DNA of 64,000 nucleotides from Eutreptiella sp. 'Long Island Sound 2002' (taxonomy: Eukaryota > Protista > Euglenida). The stretch lies in NCBI GenBank assembly GCA_964036045.1, contig OZ038379.1, positions 10,912,001 through 10,976,000 on the forward strand, written 5' to 3'. The notes beneath the pieces were generated by a model. It was not told the origin of the DNA and searched no databases. It worked only from the letters and a program-made list of their open reading frames with translations. Position 1 is the stretch's first letter. Each line of letters starts with the position of its first letter. The position numbers and the translations under genes were made by a program. Positions 24,452 through 36,404 of this stretch are shown one piece after another.

Positions 24452-25376
24452 TCACGACCACAATGGGCACCGGAAACACCAGTACCGCAAGTTCTCCAGC
24501 TTTCCCGCCGCCGTGCATCTACGGCAATCTTCGCTGGGTTGTGCATCCACCGGTATCCAGTCTCCGGCCTTGGATAACCAGTAGGCTACCCCGTCCCGTT
24601 TCTTGAATTGAATACTCTTGTTTTGGGAAATTCAGTATGGTTTTCGGGACACTCTGCAGAGGGAGAAGGCGACCTACGGTCGGCAATGTTTGCAGTGGCA
24701 CCCAGTGGTGTAGGGAAAGGGCAAAGAGGGGTTGGGTTGGGTAAGGTGATACCCCACACATGAATTTTGCATGAAAAATGACAAATTTCCAACAAAGAAA
24801 AAACCAACGCGTACGTGTTGAGATTTCAACACGTACGCGTCTATGTGAACAGATCTTAGCAGTTATATATCTCCAGGAATCCCCGCCACTCGCCATGGCC
24901 TCATCAAAATTTTCCGACTTTCCTTTGGGCCCCGATGCTTGTCCCGGCGAATACCTCTTCACGTAAGTCGCATGTGCAACAATGAGGACTTTCCACATTC
25001 TGTACGCCAACGCATCTCCGAGACTTAATTGTTCTCCTTGCTTACCTCCCACGTCTGCTGGCCTACTCGGCTTCGGAACCGCCGTCACATACTTCTTTAA
25101 TACCGCACATGCATCCTTCATCCAAACCGTGACTCTTTCCTTCTTCAAAAACTCCTCTATCCCATCCAAGTTGAGGTCCGGGATTTCCGTGTCCTTGCGC
25201 TTTTCAATCTCCGTGGCGGCTAATTGTACCCTCAAGCGCTCCACCTCCGCATCCTGTCGACGGAGCATGGCCTTCAACTCGGCCAATTCCTTGGCCGTAC
25301 CCGATTCCGCGTGTGAATCGTCGGACACAAAAATTGCGTCCTCTTGCATCCCGCTGCTCCCGTGAAGCCCAGACAT
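24452..25376 (-). pseudogene. Gag-like ORF1 of the YR element, apparently frameshifted in this copy
   Basis: ATG at 25376 is followed by a coiled-coil (ELAELKAMLRRQDAEVERLRVQL). A zinc-knuckle-like end (GVAYWLSK...CRRC...RYWCFRCP*) lies in a different frame (24631-24452) from the ORF that stops at 24519. Confidence 0.6.
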
Positions 25377-26798
25377 GGCAAAAAGGGAACAAACTGACAA
25401 ATGCCTAATGAAGAGGTAATTAAGTTAAACCCGTGTTTTGAGCAAGCACAAAACACGAGGCTCCCAATTAGGAGGTGTGTTCAAATTCACCCGGATAGTA
25501 CATGGAAGGGTGAATTGTACAACACAATGCAAAGCAAGCGAGCAGCGCTCAAAAGCTCAAAGACATGGAACTCGATATAGACAGCAAAATGCGGTGCCCC
25601 ATGTGCTGCTGGTCTCAACACCAATAATCTGATGGGGGGCACGGTACAAAAGGGATTGAAAACAGGAAAATGGACGACCCTTGGACGTCTCAGTTTGAAT
25701 GGCATCGCATCTATACCATAAACAATTTGTCATTTGGGGCACGCCAACTCTTCGGCAATCGCGAAGTCTCCCGAGGCAGAAGGAATACCTTCTCGAGCCT
25801 TCCGTAGGATGGGATCAAATTTTACCCGCGCCCGCAAGGGTCGGCCAAAACCAAAACCAAACAAAACCAAAATTTGGTGCCACGCACAGGTTAGCAGCTG
25901 CTACAAGCGGAAAAGTAAGGATGCGGGCTTCAATGGGGGAGAGCTGATGAAAATGTTCTCAAATAAAATGCATCCGGGCTGCACCCGTGACAAGTGGTAA
26001 AAGAGCCTTCTCCGTTCTCAAATTGTGCAATGCCAGTAAGGGAAACCACTTCAAGTGATAGCGACATCCACACAATGCAAGCCAATCCACCCTCCACCAT
26101 TGAGTGCAAAAGTCCAAGATATCGCACTTTTGATGCCAATTCAAACGAAAGCGGATGGTTCGCCGCTGCTGTGCATAGCGCATGACGTCGTGCCTGCAAA
26201 ATCGTTCAAAAACCCAGTTCAGCCGCAAACGGTGGTCACTAGTGAAAAAATATGAACACGACTCTCCAATACGGCCATGTGGTTGGTCGGCATGGCAAAT
26301 CCCTGCTCTAGCACTCCCCGGGAACCTAGTGACTTGGGAGGAAGAAGCGACTCGGCGAAACTTTTGCGTCCTCTTGGTACGGCCATGGGGACATACGGAG
26401 AGAATGGGCCCAATTGTGGTTGTAGCTCACGTGTTCCCTTTGCAAGATTTTGTCCTTCATGCAAAACGGAAAATCTTTGAATCTTTGAATTGATAAAAAA
26501 AAAGCATAACCATGGATTGTCTCATTGAAATGATACATTTAGACGATGTAATGGGATAGCACTGTCGAAACAATCAACATCATTCACTTTTCTTTTTTTT
26601 GGGCCCCTAGTCTGCATTCTGAAATTGCCAAATTTCTGCAATAGATAGAAATCAGAATCAGGAATGTGATCCTAGAAAATCCGGTTCCAACATTGTGTCA
26701 ATTCCTGAATGTCCTGTCAGGTACTGAGGAGAAAAGATGACGCGGCTCAGTAAGGGACTTATCCCTTACTTAGCCGCATCCCACAAATGTGTCAGAAG

Positions 26799-26937
26799 CT
26801 CCCCACCACAGACATCGCCCAGAGACGACCGCGAATTTACGGGGAATTATCTGCGCTGTGTGCGAAAACTCCCCACCACAGACATCGTCCAGAGACGTAC
26901 CGCGAATTTACGGGGAATTATCTGCGCTGTGAAAACT
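26799..26937. repeat. Tandem duplication, 70-bp period
   Basis: CTCCCCACCACAGACATCG.CCAGAGACG...TGCGCTGTG occurs at 26799 and 26869. Confidence 0.9.
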
Positions 26938-28539
26938 CTAGTGCGTCCTATAGGCTGCAAATTGCATACTGGCACCTGGTGGTTTGACACTCCGTGATCT
27001 GCCCGGTTACCCGCTTGACCGTTTCTGTGGCTACTGTGGGGACCGCGAAGGCACCAAAACGGTGCCTGACTGTGTTGACCTGTATATACAGTAGAGTGAT
27101 TGATCGATCACCCAGGTGTGATACCTGAGTTTCAATCTGCCACAGATCCGACAGCAGCCAAAACATCGGCGTTGTCCACATGTGACACTAAACTCATGAG
27201 TACTTGGGTCGAATGCATGTACTTCGTCCACCGCGGGTGGTAGTAGCTTTAAAGCTATCAATCAGCAAGATTGGTCGGCAATTGATTGTCATCGTCCTCC
27301 TCCTCTTGAACCTCCTCATCTTCCTCCCCATCTCTACCATGAAATCAACCCAAGCTGGGTCATTCTCATCATCCTCATCACTATCCTCATTAAAGTGCCG
27401 GTGCCTCAACTCCAGGGGACGGATTCCACAACAAGTGCTTGGAGACACACTACAGCACTAGGTGGGAAAAAACTTTTTGTGCTTCGCACCCCGAATTTGC
27501 GTTCATGAAATTGCCGCTCTGGTTTTGGTGCCTTGGGCTTGCCTTACTCGATCACTGCCCAAAAGGCTCAGCCTCGGCACAAGTCGGCTCTGACATACTT
27601 GGTGGGAGCAGATGTGCGACGTGATTCGCTGCACGTCCTTGGTTAGCCGTGCTTAGCACATTCAGAATTCCCTCTTACGCTTTGTGCCTGCTTTGTGCCC
27701 ATGCATGCTTATGTGCATTCATTCAAGGAACAATACCGCCGAAGGCGGCGAAGCAAAGAATGAGGAACACATCAAAATACATCCCTGAGGTTGGGCTCCA
27801 TTAGAAAATTAGGAAAACATCCTGGCTCTACAAAACACATTATTAGAACATAAGGATAAGGAAAAAAGCCCGCGGTGGCCGAGGCCATTATTATTCCTTA
27901 TTTAACACAAATTCTGCAGTACGACAAGAATATTCGAGATCTTGGGATAGGAGTTTCAAAATGGAATGGAATGGAGTTTAGCTGGAACGGAGTTTTTCAA
28001 ATGGAATGAGTTGCCAGGGTCCGGAACGGACTTTATGAAGGGAACATCTTGGGATATGCACATTCCCTTGGGGATCCACACGGCAATACCCCTTTCAGCA
28101 CGAAGTGCAAACACTCTGTCCAACAGCGGAGTGGTGTTCCGCTAGTGGTGGTGAGCCTATGTACCCCAACAAGTACAACCCTCACCAGCACACGCTCTCA
28201 CGGTGCAACAAGAGCGCAAACTGCGTGCCCCGTCTCCCTTCAGGCCATCCTCAGCACTGCCGGTCACGGCAAGTTCATCCGTGAAGCAACATGTACCTCG
28301 CGGCACGTCTTCAGTAAACTCGATGCATGTTCCCGCACCAAAAACGGGGCTTCCACCAAAACCTTGCGTCTAATTCCCCTAAACGAATGCCTCGGGTGTG
28401 TGCTCTTGTGGTAAAGTTGTCGGGGAAATCTTCGCGCCAAACGGGGGCTCCGGATGGGAAACGGAGTACAGAACCTTTGTTCGATGATCTAGGGATTTTT
28501 CACATGTATCCAAACCCCAACCAAGCTTAGGTTGGCGGC

Positions 28540-29856
28540 TCAATTCAAAGATTCAAAGATTTTCCGTTTTGCATGAAGGACAAAATCTTGCAAAGGGAAC
28601 ACGTGAGCTACCACCACAATTGGGCCCATTCCCTCCCAAGTCACTAGGTTCCCGGGAGTGCCAGAGCAGGGATTTGCCATGCCGACCAACCACATGGCCG
28701 TATTGGAGAGTCGTGTTCATGTTTTTTCGCTAGTGACCACCGTTTGCGGCTGAACTGGGGTTTTGAACGATTTTGCAGGCACGACGTCATGCGCTATGCA
28801 CAGCAGCGGCGAACCATCCGCTTTCGTTTGAATTGGCATCAAAAGTGCGATATCTTGGACTTTTTGCACTCAATGGTGGAGGGTGGATTGGCTTGCATCG
28901 TGTGGATGTCGCTATCACTTGAAGTGGTTTCCCTTACTGGCATTGCACAATTTGAGAACGGAGAAGGCTCTTTTACCACTTGTCACGGGTGCAGCCCGGA
29001 TGCATTTTATTTGAGAACATTTTCATCAGCTCTCCCCCATTGAAGCCCGCATCCTTACTTTTCCGCTTGTAGCAGCTGCTAACCTGTGCGTGGCACCAAA
29101 TTTTGGTTTTGTTTGGTTTTGGTTTTGGCCGACCCTTGCGGGCGCGGGTAAAATTTTGATCCCATCCTACGGAAGGCTCGAGAAGGTATTCCTTCTGCCT
29201 CGGGAGACTTCGCGATTGCCGAAGAGTTGGCGTGCCCCAAATGACAAATTGTTTATGGTATAGATGCGATGCCATTCAAACTGAGACGTCCAAGGGTCGT
29301 CCATTTTCCTGTTTTCAATCCCTTTTGTACCGTGCCCCCCATCAGATTATTGGTGTTGAGACCAGCAGCACATGGGGCACCGCATTTTGCTGTCTATATC
29401 GAGTTCCATGTCTTTGAGCTTTTGAGCGCTGCTCGCTTGCTTTGCATTGTGTTGTACAATTCACCCTTCCATGTACTATCCGGGTGAATTTGAACACACC
29501 TCCTAATTGGGAGCCTTAAGGTTTTGTATTTGTCTCTTGAAGCAAGGATGAACATAAACCATCTGAGTGTCACGCATCGTGAAGCTTTGAGGATATGGAT
29601 GGGCTGCATGTGTCTCACCCGCATATTGTGCTTTGGAATCAACGCAAAATGATGGAGTGCAAGCACCGATGTTAGTAGCAAGTGTCATAAAGTTCAATTG
29701 CATAGTACGTAGGTGTTTGCCCTCATGCTGTAAATGCTAAAGGGAGGGCATTTCAATACTTTTGCACCCACCGTAAACCCAATTGTCTGCTCGTGCCGCT
29801 ACTCCGCAGCTACTCCGCAAAAGTTCTTGTGTCATGACGCTACGCTTGTTAGTTCA
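28540..29856. repeat. Right arm of the inverted duplication; carries the empty YR target site at ~29514
   Basis: The reverse complement of ~29505-29530 reads AAAACCTTAAG|GCTCCCAA, joining the two flanks of the YR element. Confidence 0.92.
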
Positions 29857-30149
29857 TGTATACATAATACATAATTATTGCAGTTAGGCAAATTAGTTGG
29901 CATGTTTGGTCGTCGCATTGTAGGCTGCTAGGTGCTTTCTTTTGCCTTTACTGCTTGCTGTCAGTTACACCTTCTCCACAGTGACCTGCATCATCTCCAA
30001 ACTGACTTGCACCCTTGTGACCTTTGACCTTGGAACTTGACCTTTGCTCTTTGTTGTGTGCACTTTGACCTTTTACCTCTGACCTTTACCTTTGCTCTTT
30101 GTTGGGTGTGCCTTCACCTTACCTTTTTGCTCAAGGTCTCTCCACCAGA

Positions 30150-31460
30150 ACATGGGACTTGTGGAGATGCCTAGAGCTGCGCTTGGGGGAGCCTTGCAGG
30201 CGAAGCGAGACTCGGGGGAGTTGCCTTACCTTTTTATGGCCGGAGCTGCGCTTGGGGGAGCCGTGCAGGCGAAGCGAATTTTGGGGGATCCGCCGTACCT
30301 TTTTATGCCCCGAGCTACGCTTGGGGAAGCAGGCAAAGCGAGACTCGGGGGAGCTGGGAGCTCGGGGGATTCCCATTCTGTATTTGATTGCTGGTGACGA
30401 GATACACGTGTTGGCCCGGACCATTTCCAAGTACGGGTTGTCTGTTTTCAACGATCACTCCGACGTGCCTACCGACGTGGTGGCTTGCCACCAGACGGAT
30501 TCCTTCAACGTTCAAGAGGTCCGAGACGTGGCTAGCTCTCATCGCTCAGAGTGCCTCGACGAGGTCGCGAACTCTCACTTAGACGGCTTCGTACGAGACG
30601 GCTTCGTACGTCATACGTCAACTATTTCTGACGAGGACATGCTTCCATTCGTGCCTCGCGAATCCTTGCAGGTGAAGATTGTTTCGCGCACATTGTTTGT
30701 GTCGTTGCGTCGGACGGATGCTTGGAGGATGCTCTTTTTTTATGTGCACTGCACATTTGTGTACAGTTCCAAGTCGTTCTCAATATTCCGTTCAACACTC
30801 AAGGAGTCGCGTTTGGCCACCAGATGCCCTCGTGCTCTGTGTTGAAGCCACCAAAGACCCTGATTGGGAAAAAGACACAGCGAGGAAAGAGCTTGCTCCC
30901 CAAAGCAGAAGCACGAATTTGTGTCGTTACCTTTTTTGTGTTGCTTTGTGTTCAAACAGTGGAGAGTTCAACACAGTTCAAATGCATCCTTTTTTTGTTT
31001 GCATCCAGTATGTAGCTCCAAGGGGTCCGAATCCAGCAATGCACACAAAACACCAGCTCTACCAAGTGCCAGAGAAGTCCACAATGTTGTTTTTGTCTTC
31101 AGAGTGCCGCCACAAGGTCGTGAATTCGTCTCTGCAGTTCTTCGACGGCTTTCGCACATCGTACGTCGACTATTCCTGACGAGGACGTGCTTCCACTCGT
31201 TCCTTGCAGGTGAAGCTTGTTTCGCGCACGTTGTTTGTGTCGTTGCGTCGGACGGATGCTTGGAGGATGCTCTTTTTTTATGTGCACTGCACATTTGTGT
31301 ACAGTTCCAAGTCGTTCTCAATATTCCGTTCAACACTCAAGGAGTCGCGTTTGGCCACCAGATGCCCTCGTGCTCTGTGTTGAAGCCACCAAAGACCCTG
31401 ATTGGGAAAAAGACACAGCGAGGAAAGAGCTTGCTCCCCAAAGCAGAAGCACGAATTTGC
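30150..31460. repeat. Local repeats: ~3 copies of a ~75-bp unit (30170-30370) and a ~300-bp direct duplication (~30620-30920 and ~31170-31460)
   Basis: GAGCTGCGCTTGGGGGAGCC..GCAGGCGAAGCGA recurs. GGACGGATGCTTGGAGGATGCTC...GCAGAAGCACGAATTTG occurs twice. Confidence 0.85.
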
Positions 31461-32876
31461 TCTTTTTTTGGTTACTTTCATGAAAACCTGTCCAGCTTGC
31501 AATGCAAAAGACTCCACAGTTGCAATGTGTGGTAGGATAGATGCCCAATTTTTTTGGGGGGGGCGGGGCTGCTATAACATGGGCATGACCTTGAACCACA
31601 TGGGCGGTCTTTCTTTGGGCTATGTCAACATAGTGTTGTTGGTGGTGGCCAGCCGTTAGGTCAATTCCGCCGCAAGCCTGCCCGCCAGCTGTTGGAGTTA
31701 ATAGTTGCTGGCCCTTTTTTTATGCAGGCGTAATTTCTTTGTGTGGTCTGTTGTTTGTTGAGTTTGGGTATTTGTGGCGGTTTGTAGGTGTCCTAGAATA
31801 AGTTGCATGCTTACCACCTTTTGTGCTTTCTTGTTTTGTGTTGTCTTTTTTTTGTGTTGGTATTGTGTTGTTTGAGTGTTGTGTGTGTTTGACTTGCCAA
31901 TTGGACAAGGCAGTGGCCTTGTTGCTACCTTGTGTGACTCATTTGGCCATTATTTATCCTCTTGCTCGTGTGTGTATGTGGTAGATGGAGTGTAGATGCA
32001 TCATTGCAAAGCCTATGTAGACAATGCTTGAATGCTCAATCACACACATGCCGCACATTTTGTGTTAGCCATCCACCCACTTGGGCCAAAAGGTGCCAGG
32101 CACTTGAGAATAGGTACAGTGCATGAGCGTCATCACATTGAGGTTTGTGCTTTGACACCAAACTGTGCATGGGAAATTTGGGCACAATGTTGGAATCTGG
32201 GATTGTTGGTATGCAAACTTGAGCGAAGTTTGCAAAATGGAAGTGCTTGCACCTAGGACATCATTGTTGACCACGGACACAACAATTGGGGGAGACGCAA
32301 CACACAGAGCATGCAATATCAGTGGCTATGTAAATGTTGAGTCTAGATATGAGCACCACCTTATTACATAGGACAATGGCCCAAAGGAGACTAAGGTGTT
32401 GTCAAGCCGGGGCCCGAAAAATAATGAAATTTTCGACAGCTGTTTTTCGGGCAAGGGGGGGGTTCAGCTATCGGCACAGGATTCTACCCTTGCCATTGTG
32501 ATCCTGAAGGGCTTGGCTGTTTTGAGCCACAAGAGTGGAATAATCGAAATTTCTGAAACAGATTTGCCATGCATGGTGGTGCAAGTTGCTTGTGCATCAT
32601 CTTTCTCTTCTTTTTATGTTATTTTCACCAAATTCGTCCCTGGATGCTGGGGACAGCGCAGACGTGTGCTGCGCGAAGTGCAAAAGCATGACCTGTGTCT
32701 ACGCGTTGCAATAACACCTATCCGCAACCTCTTTACCAGCAGCCATCGTAAAAAATGCGTTTTCATTGCACTATACGAAGCTGTAGAGAGGACACGAAAG
32801 TACCACATCTTTGAGTTGCATGCCCATGTCAGATGATGGAATCGTTCCAACAGCCTCCGTCCCAATGTCCTGGCAG

Positions 32877-33078
32877 GTAACCCACTTGGTCTGTGGTGAG
32901 AAAGGGCACACCACCCAAGCTTACGACAAAGCAGTGCACAACAACATTCTGATCGTCACGGAGGCTTTCGTGGCTCATCTGCTGGACCACGGCACAGTGC
33001 CCAGCAGCAGCATGATCTCAGAGTTCGCGTGGGCCCCACCTGAATGGTATCAGTGCGCGATGTGCATGTTCGGCCTAG
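32877..33078 (+). CDS. Exon encoding the C-terminal half of BRCT-like domain 1
   Basis: CAG| acceptor, then VTHLVCGEKGHTTQAYDKAVHNNILIVTEAFVAHLL (BRCT THLv...A...iVt..f pattern). Donor CTA G|GTGCGG at 33078 is phase 1 and fits the next exon. An alternative donor lies at 33046. Confidence 0.68.
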
Positions 33079-34563
33079 GTGCGGGTAGGCTTGCATGTAT
33101 GCGCTTGTGCGTGCACTTTGGCGCATGAATATAGCTCCAATGGTCCGCGTTGGGGCACCTTTGGAGAGTCATTTGGGCAGGGTATGTCCAGCGATTGGGA
33201 TGGGGTTAGGGACACGCTGGACAGGGTCCAGATTGCAAAAAGTGGGGGTGGTGGCGGTCAGAGTACGTGCCGTCAAATTCGGATTCCGAGCCATACAGCC
33301 AAAGATATCGTCCACCGTGGCGAAATAGGTCGCCTCACGCTCTGCGGAGCCGTGTTGAAAGTTGGAACTTGTGGCTAGTCGCTGAACAAGGTTGGTTTTT
33401 TCATCTGCGACTTGCCCTCTGAAGTGGGCGGAACCCCAAGTGAGATCAAGCAAAAGGAGAAGCACAAGTGTCCAAGTCCATCGCTGGGAGTTGTGCATGT
33501 GAGGACCTCAAGGCACTTGACAAAAGAAAAACGCCTGCCACAGGCATATGCCACAAAACTACGGCGGAAGTTTTGGCACCAAAGTCCCAAATGTGCAGCA
33601 TTCAAGCACAAATTAGCAGATTCGCCTTTGTTGGATGCAACAACTGCAAACACAAGGAGCCTTCGAGGCACCATCGGACAAGTTGGGCGGCCTGTGACAC
33701 GTGGGGCAGTTATTGAGGCGTGACCCAGAGTTGTCTTGGAGGTAGAGGCTGGAACAACCCTCAATGGCGCAGCAAGGGAAGTGAAACTGTGGCACACTCA
33801 CCGCTAAATCTGCGCTGTGGCCGGTTTGGGGCACACTTGACTGGACGGACGTCGCCGAACTGGACGGTTTCCACAGGGTGTTTTCCCAATTTGGAGCCCA
33901 CAGCGATTGTTCAGGTCAGGGCAGGTTACGGCAGGGCAGGGCACATGTGGTTGCATAAGGGGACAGGAGTAGAGTTGAGCCCACAGCGTTGGGATGGGGT
34001 GATTGACACAGCTGCCAGTGGACTTGCTTGTTGCTTGCTTGCTTCGTTGCTGTAGTGAAGGACAGAGGGCTGTTGTAATGCAGACTGTAATATCTGACGG
34101 GATATTTGGTGGCTCAATGACCCATCGTTCCCGAATTCCTGTGCCCCTTTCCCCTCCTCTCCCCCCTCAGAAGACTCAGTGGCCCGGAACCTCCTGGCCC
34201 GGTGCTACATTTGCCACATCAGTGGTAGTGGCGAGCCCCCTCTATATCTTCACAGTCTTGGGAGGGCCTTCATGAACAGGTTGCCATCGCCAGCATGGCA
34301 GGGATGCCACAGGGGCAGAAGCACCCCTTGTGATCACATGGACAACTGACACACTCTCACCCACCAATACGCCCAGAAGTACTCACCAGCACATTTACTG
34401 AGCCTTTTTGGCAATTTCCCACACACACACAATTATGCACCACACTTTTCCTCTAGTTCCTGTGGTTTAGCCCCATTACTTGGTGAGCAATCCCAGAGCA
34501 ACGAATCTCCGGTCATGGTATTTCTCTCAAAACCAATGGCCATCTTGACTGTGTCTTATTCAG

Positions 34564-34622
34564 GATATGGCTTCATCTTTGCTGGGCATCCAAAGCAGAA
34601 GACCCGCAAGGAGTGGATCGAG
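34564..34622 (+). CDS. Exon encoding the N-terminal part of BRCT-like domain 2 (GYGFIFAGHPKQKTRKEWIE)
   Basis: TCTTATTCAG| acceptor, GAG|GTATGC donor, phase 1 to 0. Confidence 0.72.
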
Positions 34623-36404
34623 GTATGCACCATCAGCAGTTGAGGCTGTACCACGTTGCAGAAATTGCAATGTGGAGTGCAGAAAATGTGGTTGACATGT
34701 GCTGCAGAAAATGCAAGGCGTGTTGTGGAAATGGTACACAATCGAACGAAAGTGTAGCGTGTGTTGCAGAAAGGTCAATGCATGTCGAAGAAAATGTAGT
34801 GTGTGTTGTAGAAGATGTAATCTGCATTGTAGCCAATTGAATGCGCATTGTAGAGAATGTAACATTTTTGCATGAAATTTGATATGCCGTGTGGAAAATA
34901 TATCGCGCGTTGGAGAACGCTTTACTACGTATTGTGGAAATTATAGTGTGTGTCATGTCATTTTGTAGAAAACGAAATATGCAGTGTAGGCAATACTGTG
35001 CATTGTAGAACACAGAAATACGCGTTGTAGAAACGGGAGGGGGTAATCCACAAAACGGGTTGTCAATTTTTCGGCCGAATTGCTTAAGATTATTGTCACT
35101 GGGGGGGGGGGGGGGGCTGAAATCTCCAAAAAAAAGGGATATTCGAAGAGGTATCCGTCATGGGGGGTCCTGAGGCCATATTTTTGAGTACCGAAGACGC
35201 AATTTTGAACTTTTCATGGTTTCGACCTGCTGTTGGCTCAGCTCCCGGCGTCTCGACCTTGCTCCCCCCCCCCCCCCCCCCAAATCCTCCGACATATTGT
35301 CAGTGAGTGGTCAAGTCATTGAGGGTGGATTGGTTGCATTTTAATGTTTAGAAGCCATGTGCAAAGTAGCTCCCCTCATCCCAATGATATGTTGGCTAAT
35401 CTGAACACTAACACCCCTGTGCAGCCTGATGCGAACTGGCAGCACCATGGGGGGTGCCCATGATGGTTGTGCCAAGTATTGTTGAGTTGAGTCGAGCCAC
35501 TTTGCACATGGCTTCTACACATCAGACGCAACAAATCTACTCTGAATGAATATGACCTCCCATTGACACTATTTTGAAGGAATCGGGCCTGTAAGATGCC
35601 CGGGATGCAGCCTTGCCAGATGTTGGTGAAAACATGGCAAAAATGATACAAAATCGGAATCTCTGGGCAGAGGATTTACGGACAGGCCCCAAAATCTTCA
35701 AAAATGGATTCCCCACCCCTCTATTTTCAAAATAGAGGGGATTCACCCTGGGACTCCTCAAACATGGGCATGCCATACGTACATGGCAAAACCGACTGAA
35801 CATGGGACCAACACAGCCCCATCATTTCTGGAAAAATCCGTTGTTGACCCCATTTTTAACGCACTTATGGGCGCCAAATGGCCCGTTTTCAAAGGGTTTC
35901 GGGACTGTTCGGGGGCCACACAGGGCAGGACGGCCTCAAAACAGGCTGAAAACACTCGTTTTGGGCATCCCAAGAGGTCTGGGAGCAATTTTGGAAGACG
36001 TCATTCTACAAACCCTGATTGCTGGGTTGTTTATGTCGCATTGTGTTCAGATGGAGCAAGTGTATTGGTTGGTCCGTTGTGCCCCATGACATTGCAGCCC
36101 TTCGTTTTGCTGCTGGAGGAGATTTGGACATTCTGTCTGATTTCTGTAGAGCCATGGTTGTTGGGATTTTGAATGTTGCTGCTGGCCCTGCAGCAGTCAC
36201 CCTTGTTGCCCAGTTGTGGGACCCTGTGGCTCTTCTAACGTGGAAGGGTTTGCTTGCCTCATTGTCACATCAGCAGCGATGAAGACTTTGAGTGACACCA
36301 AGATTGAAAGTGCCCGAAAACGGATTGGAAAGTGTATGGCACTCCTCGAGTTCAACCAACCTATGTGTGTGGCATGGACTGCGTGCGATCCCATAGTCCA
36401 AGGG

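Larger units (their letters stand above)
20168..25459 (-). mobile_element. Full-length tyrosine-recombinase retrotransposon (order DIRS; gag-YR-RT/RNaseH as in VIPER/TATE) with split direct repeats A1...B1A2...B2
   Basis: A1 25389-25459 matches A2 20615-20685 (71 bp, 2 mismatches). B1 20686-20742 is identical to B2 20168-20224 (57 bp). YR and RT/RNaseH ORFs are intact. The boundaries are fixed by the empty site in the inverted copy. No TSD. Confidence 0.95.
19826..26493. repeat. Left arm of a large inverted duplication (19826-20167 plus 25460-26493), interrupted by the YR element
   Basis: It is the reverse complement of 28540-29856 once the YR element is removed, with scattered substitutions and one ~60-bp indel. 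Confidence 0.92.

Noticed and set aside
24615-24630. Programmed -1 frameshift at C CCA AAA in gag
   Set aside because: The -1 frame stops at 24586. The knuckle-like sequence is in the +1 frame.
27194-28130. Possible pogo/DDE_1 transposase in the inverted-repeat spacer (ILLIDSFKA; IAVWIPKG)
   Set aside because: The two motif-like pieces are in the wrong order on the minus strand and are surrounded by stops, so the evidence is insufficient.
19780-29880. ATACATAATACATAATT on both sides of the large inverted repeat as a TSD
   Set aside because: The left copy lies ~25 bp outside the arm and is low-complexity, so it does not abut the ends symmetrically.
33787-33914. Extra linker exon between the BRCT exons (…DWTDVAELDGFHRVFSQFGAHSDCS)
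   Set aside because: It has a phase-1 donor but no canonical acceptor within the open stretch, and it is not needed for the in-phase join. A non-canonical euglenid intron cannot be shown without cDNA.
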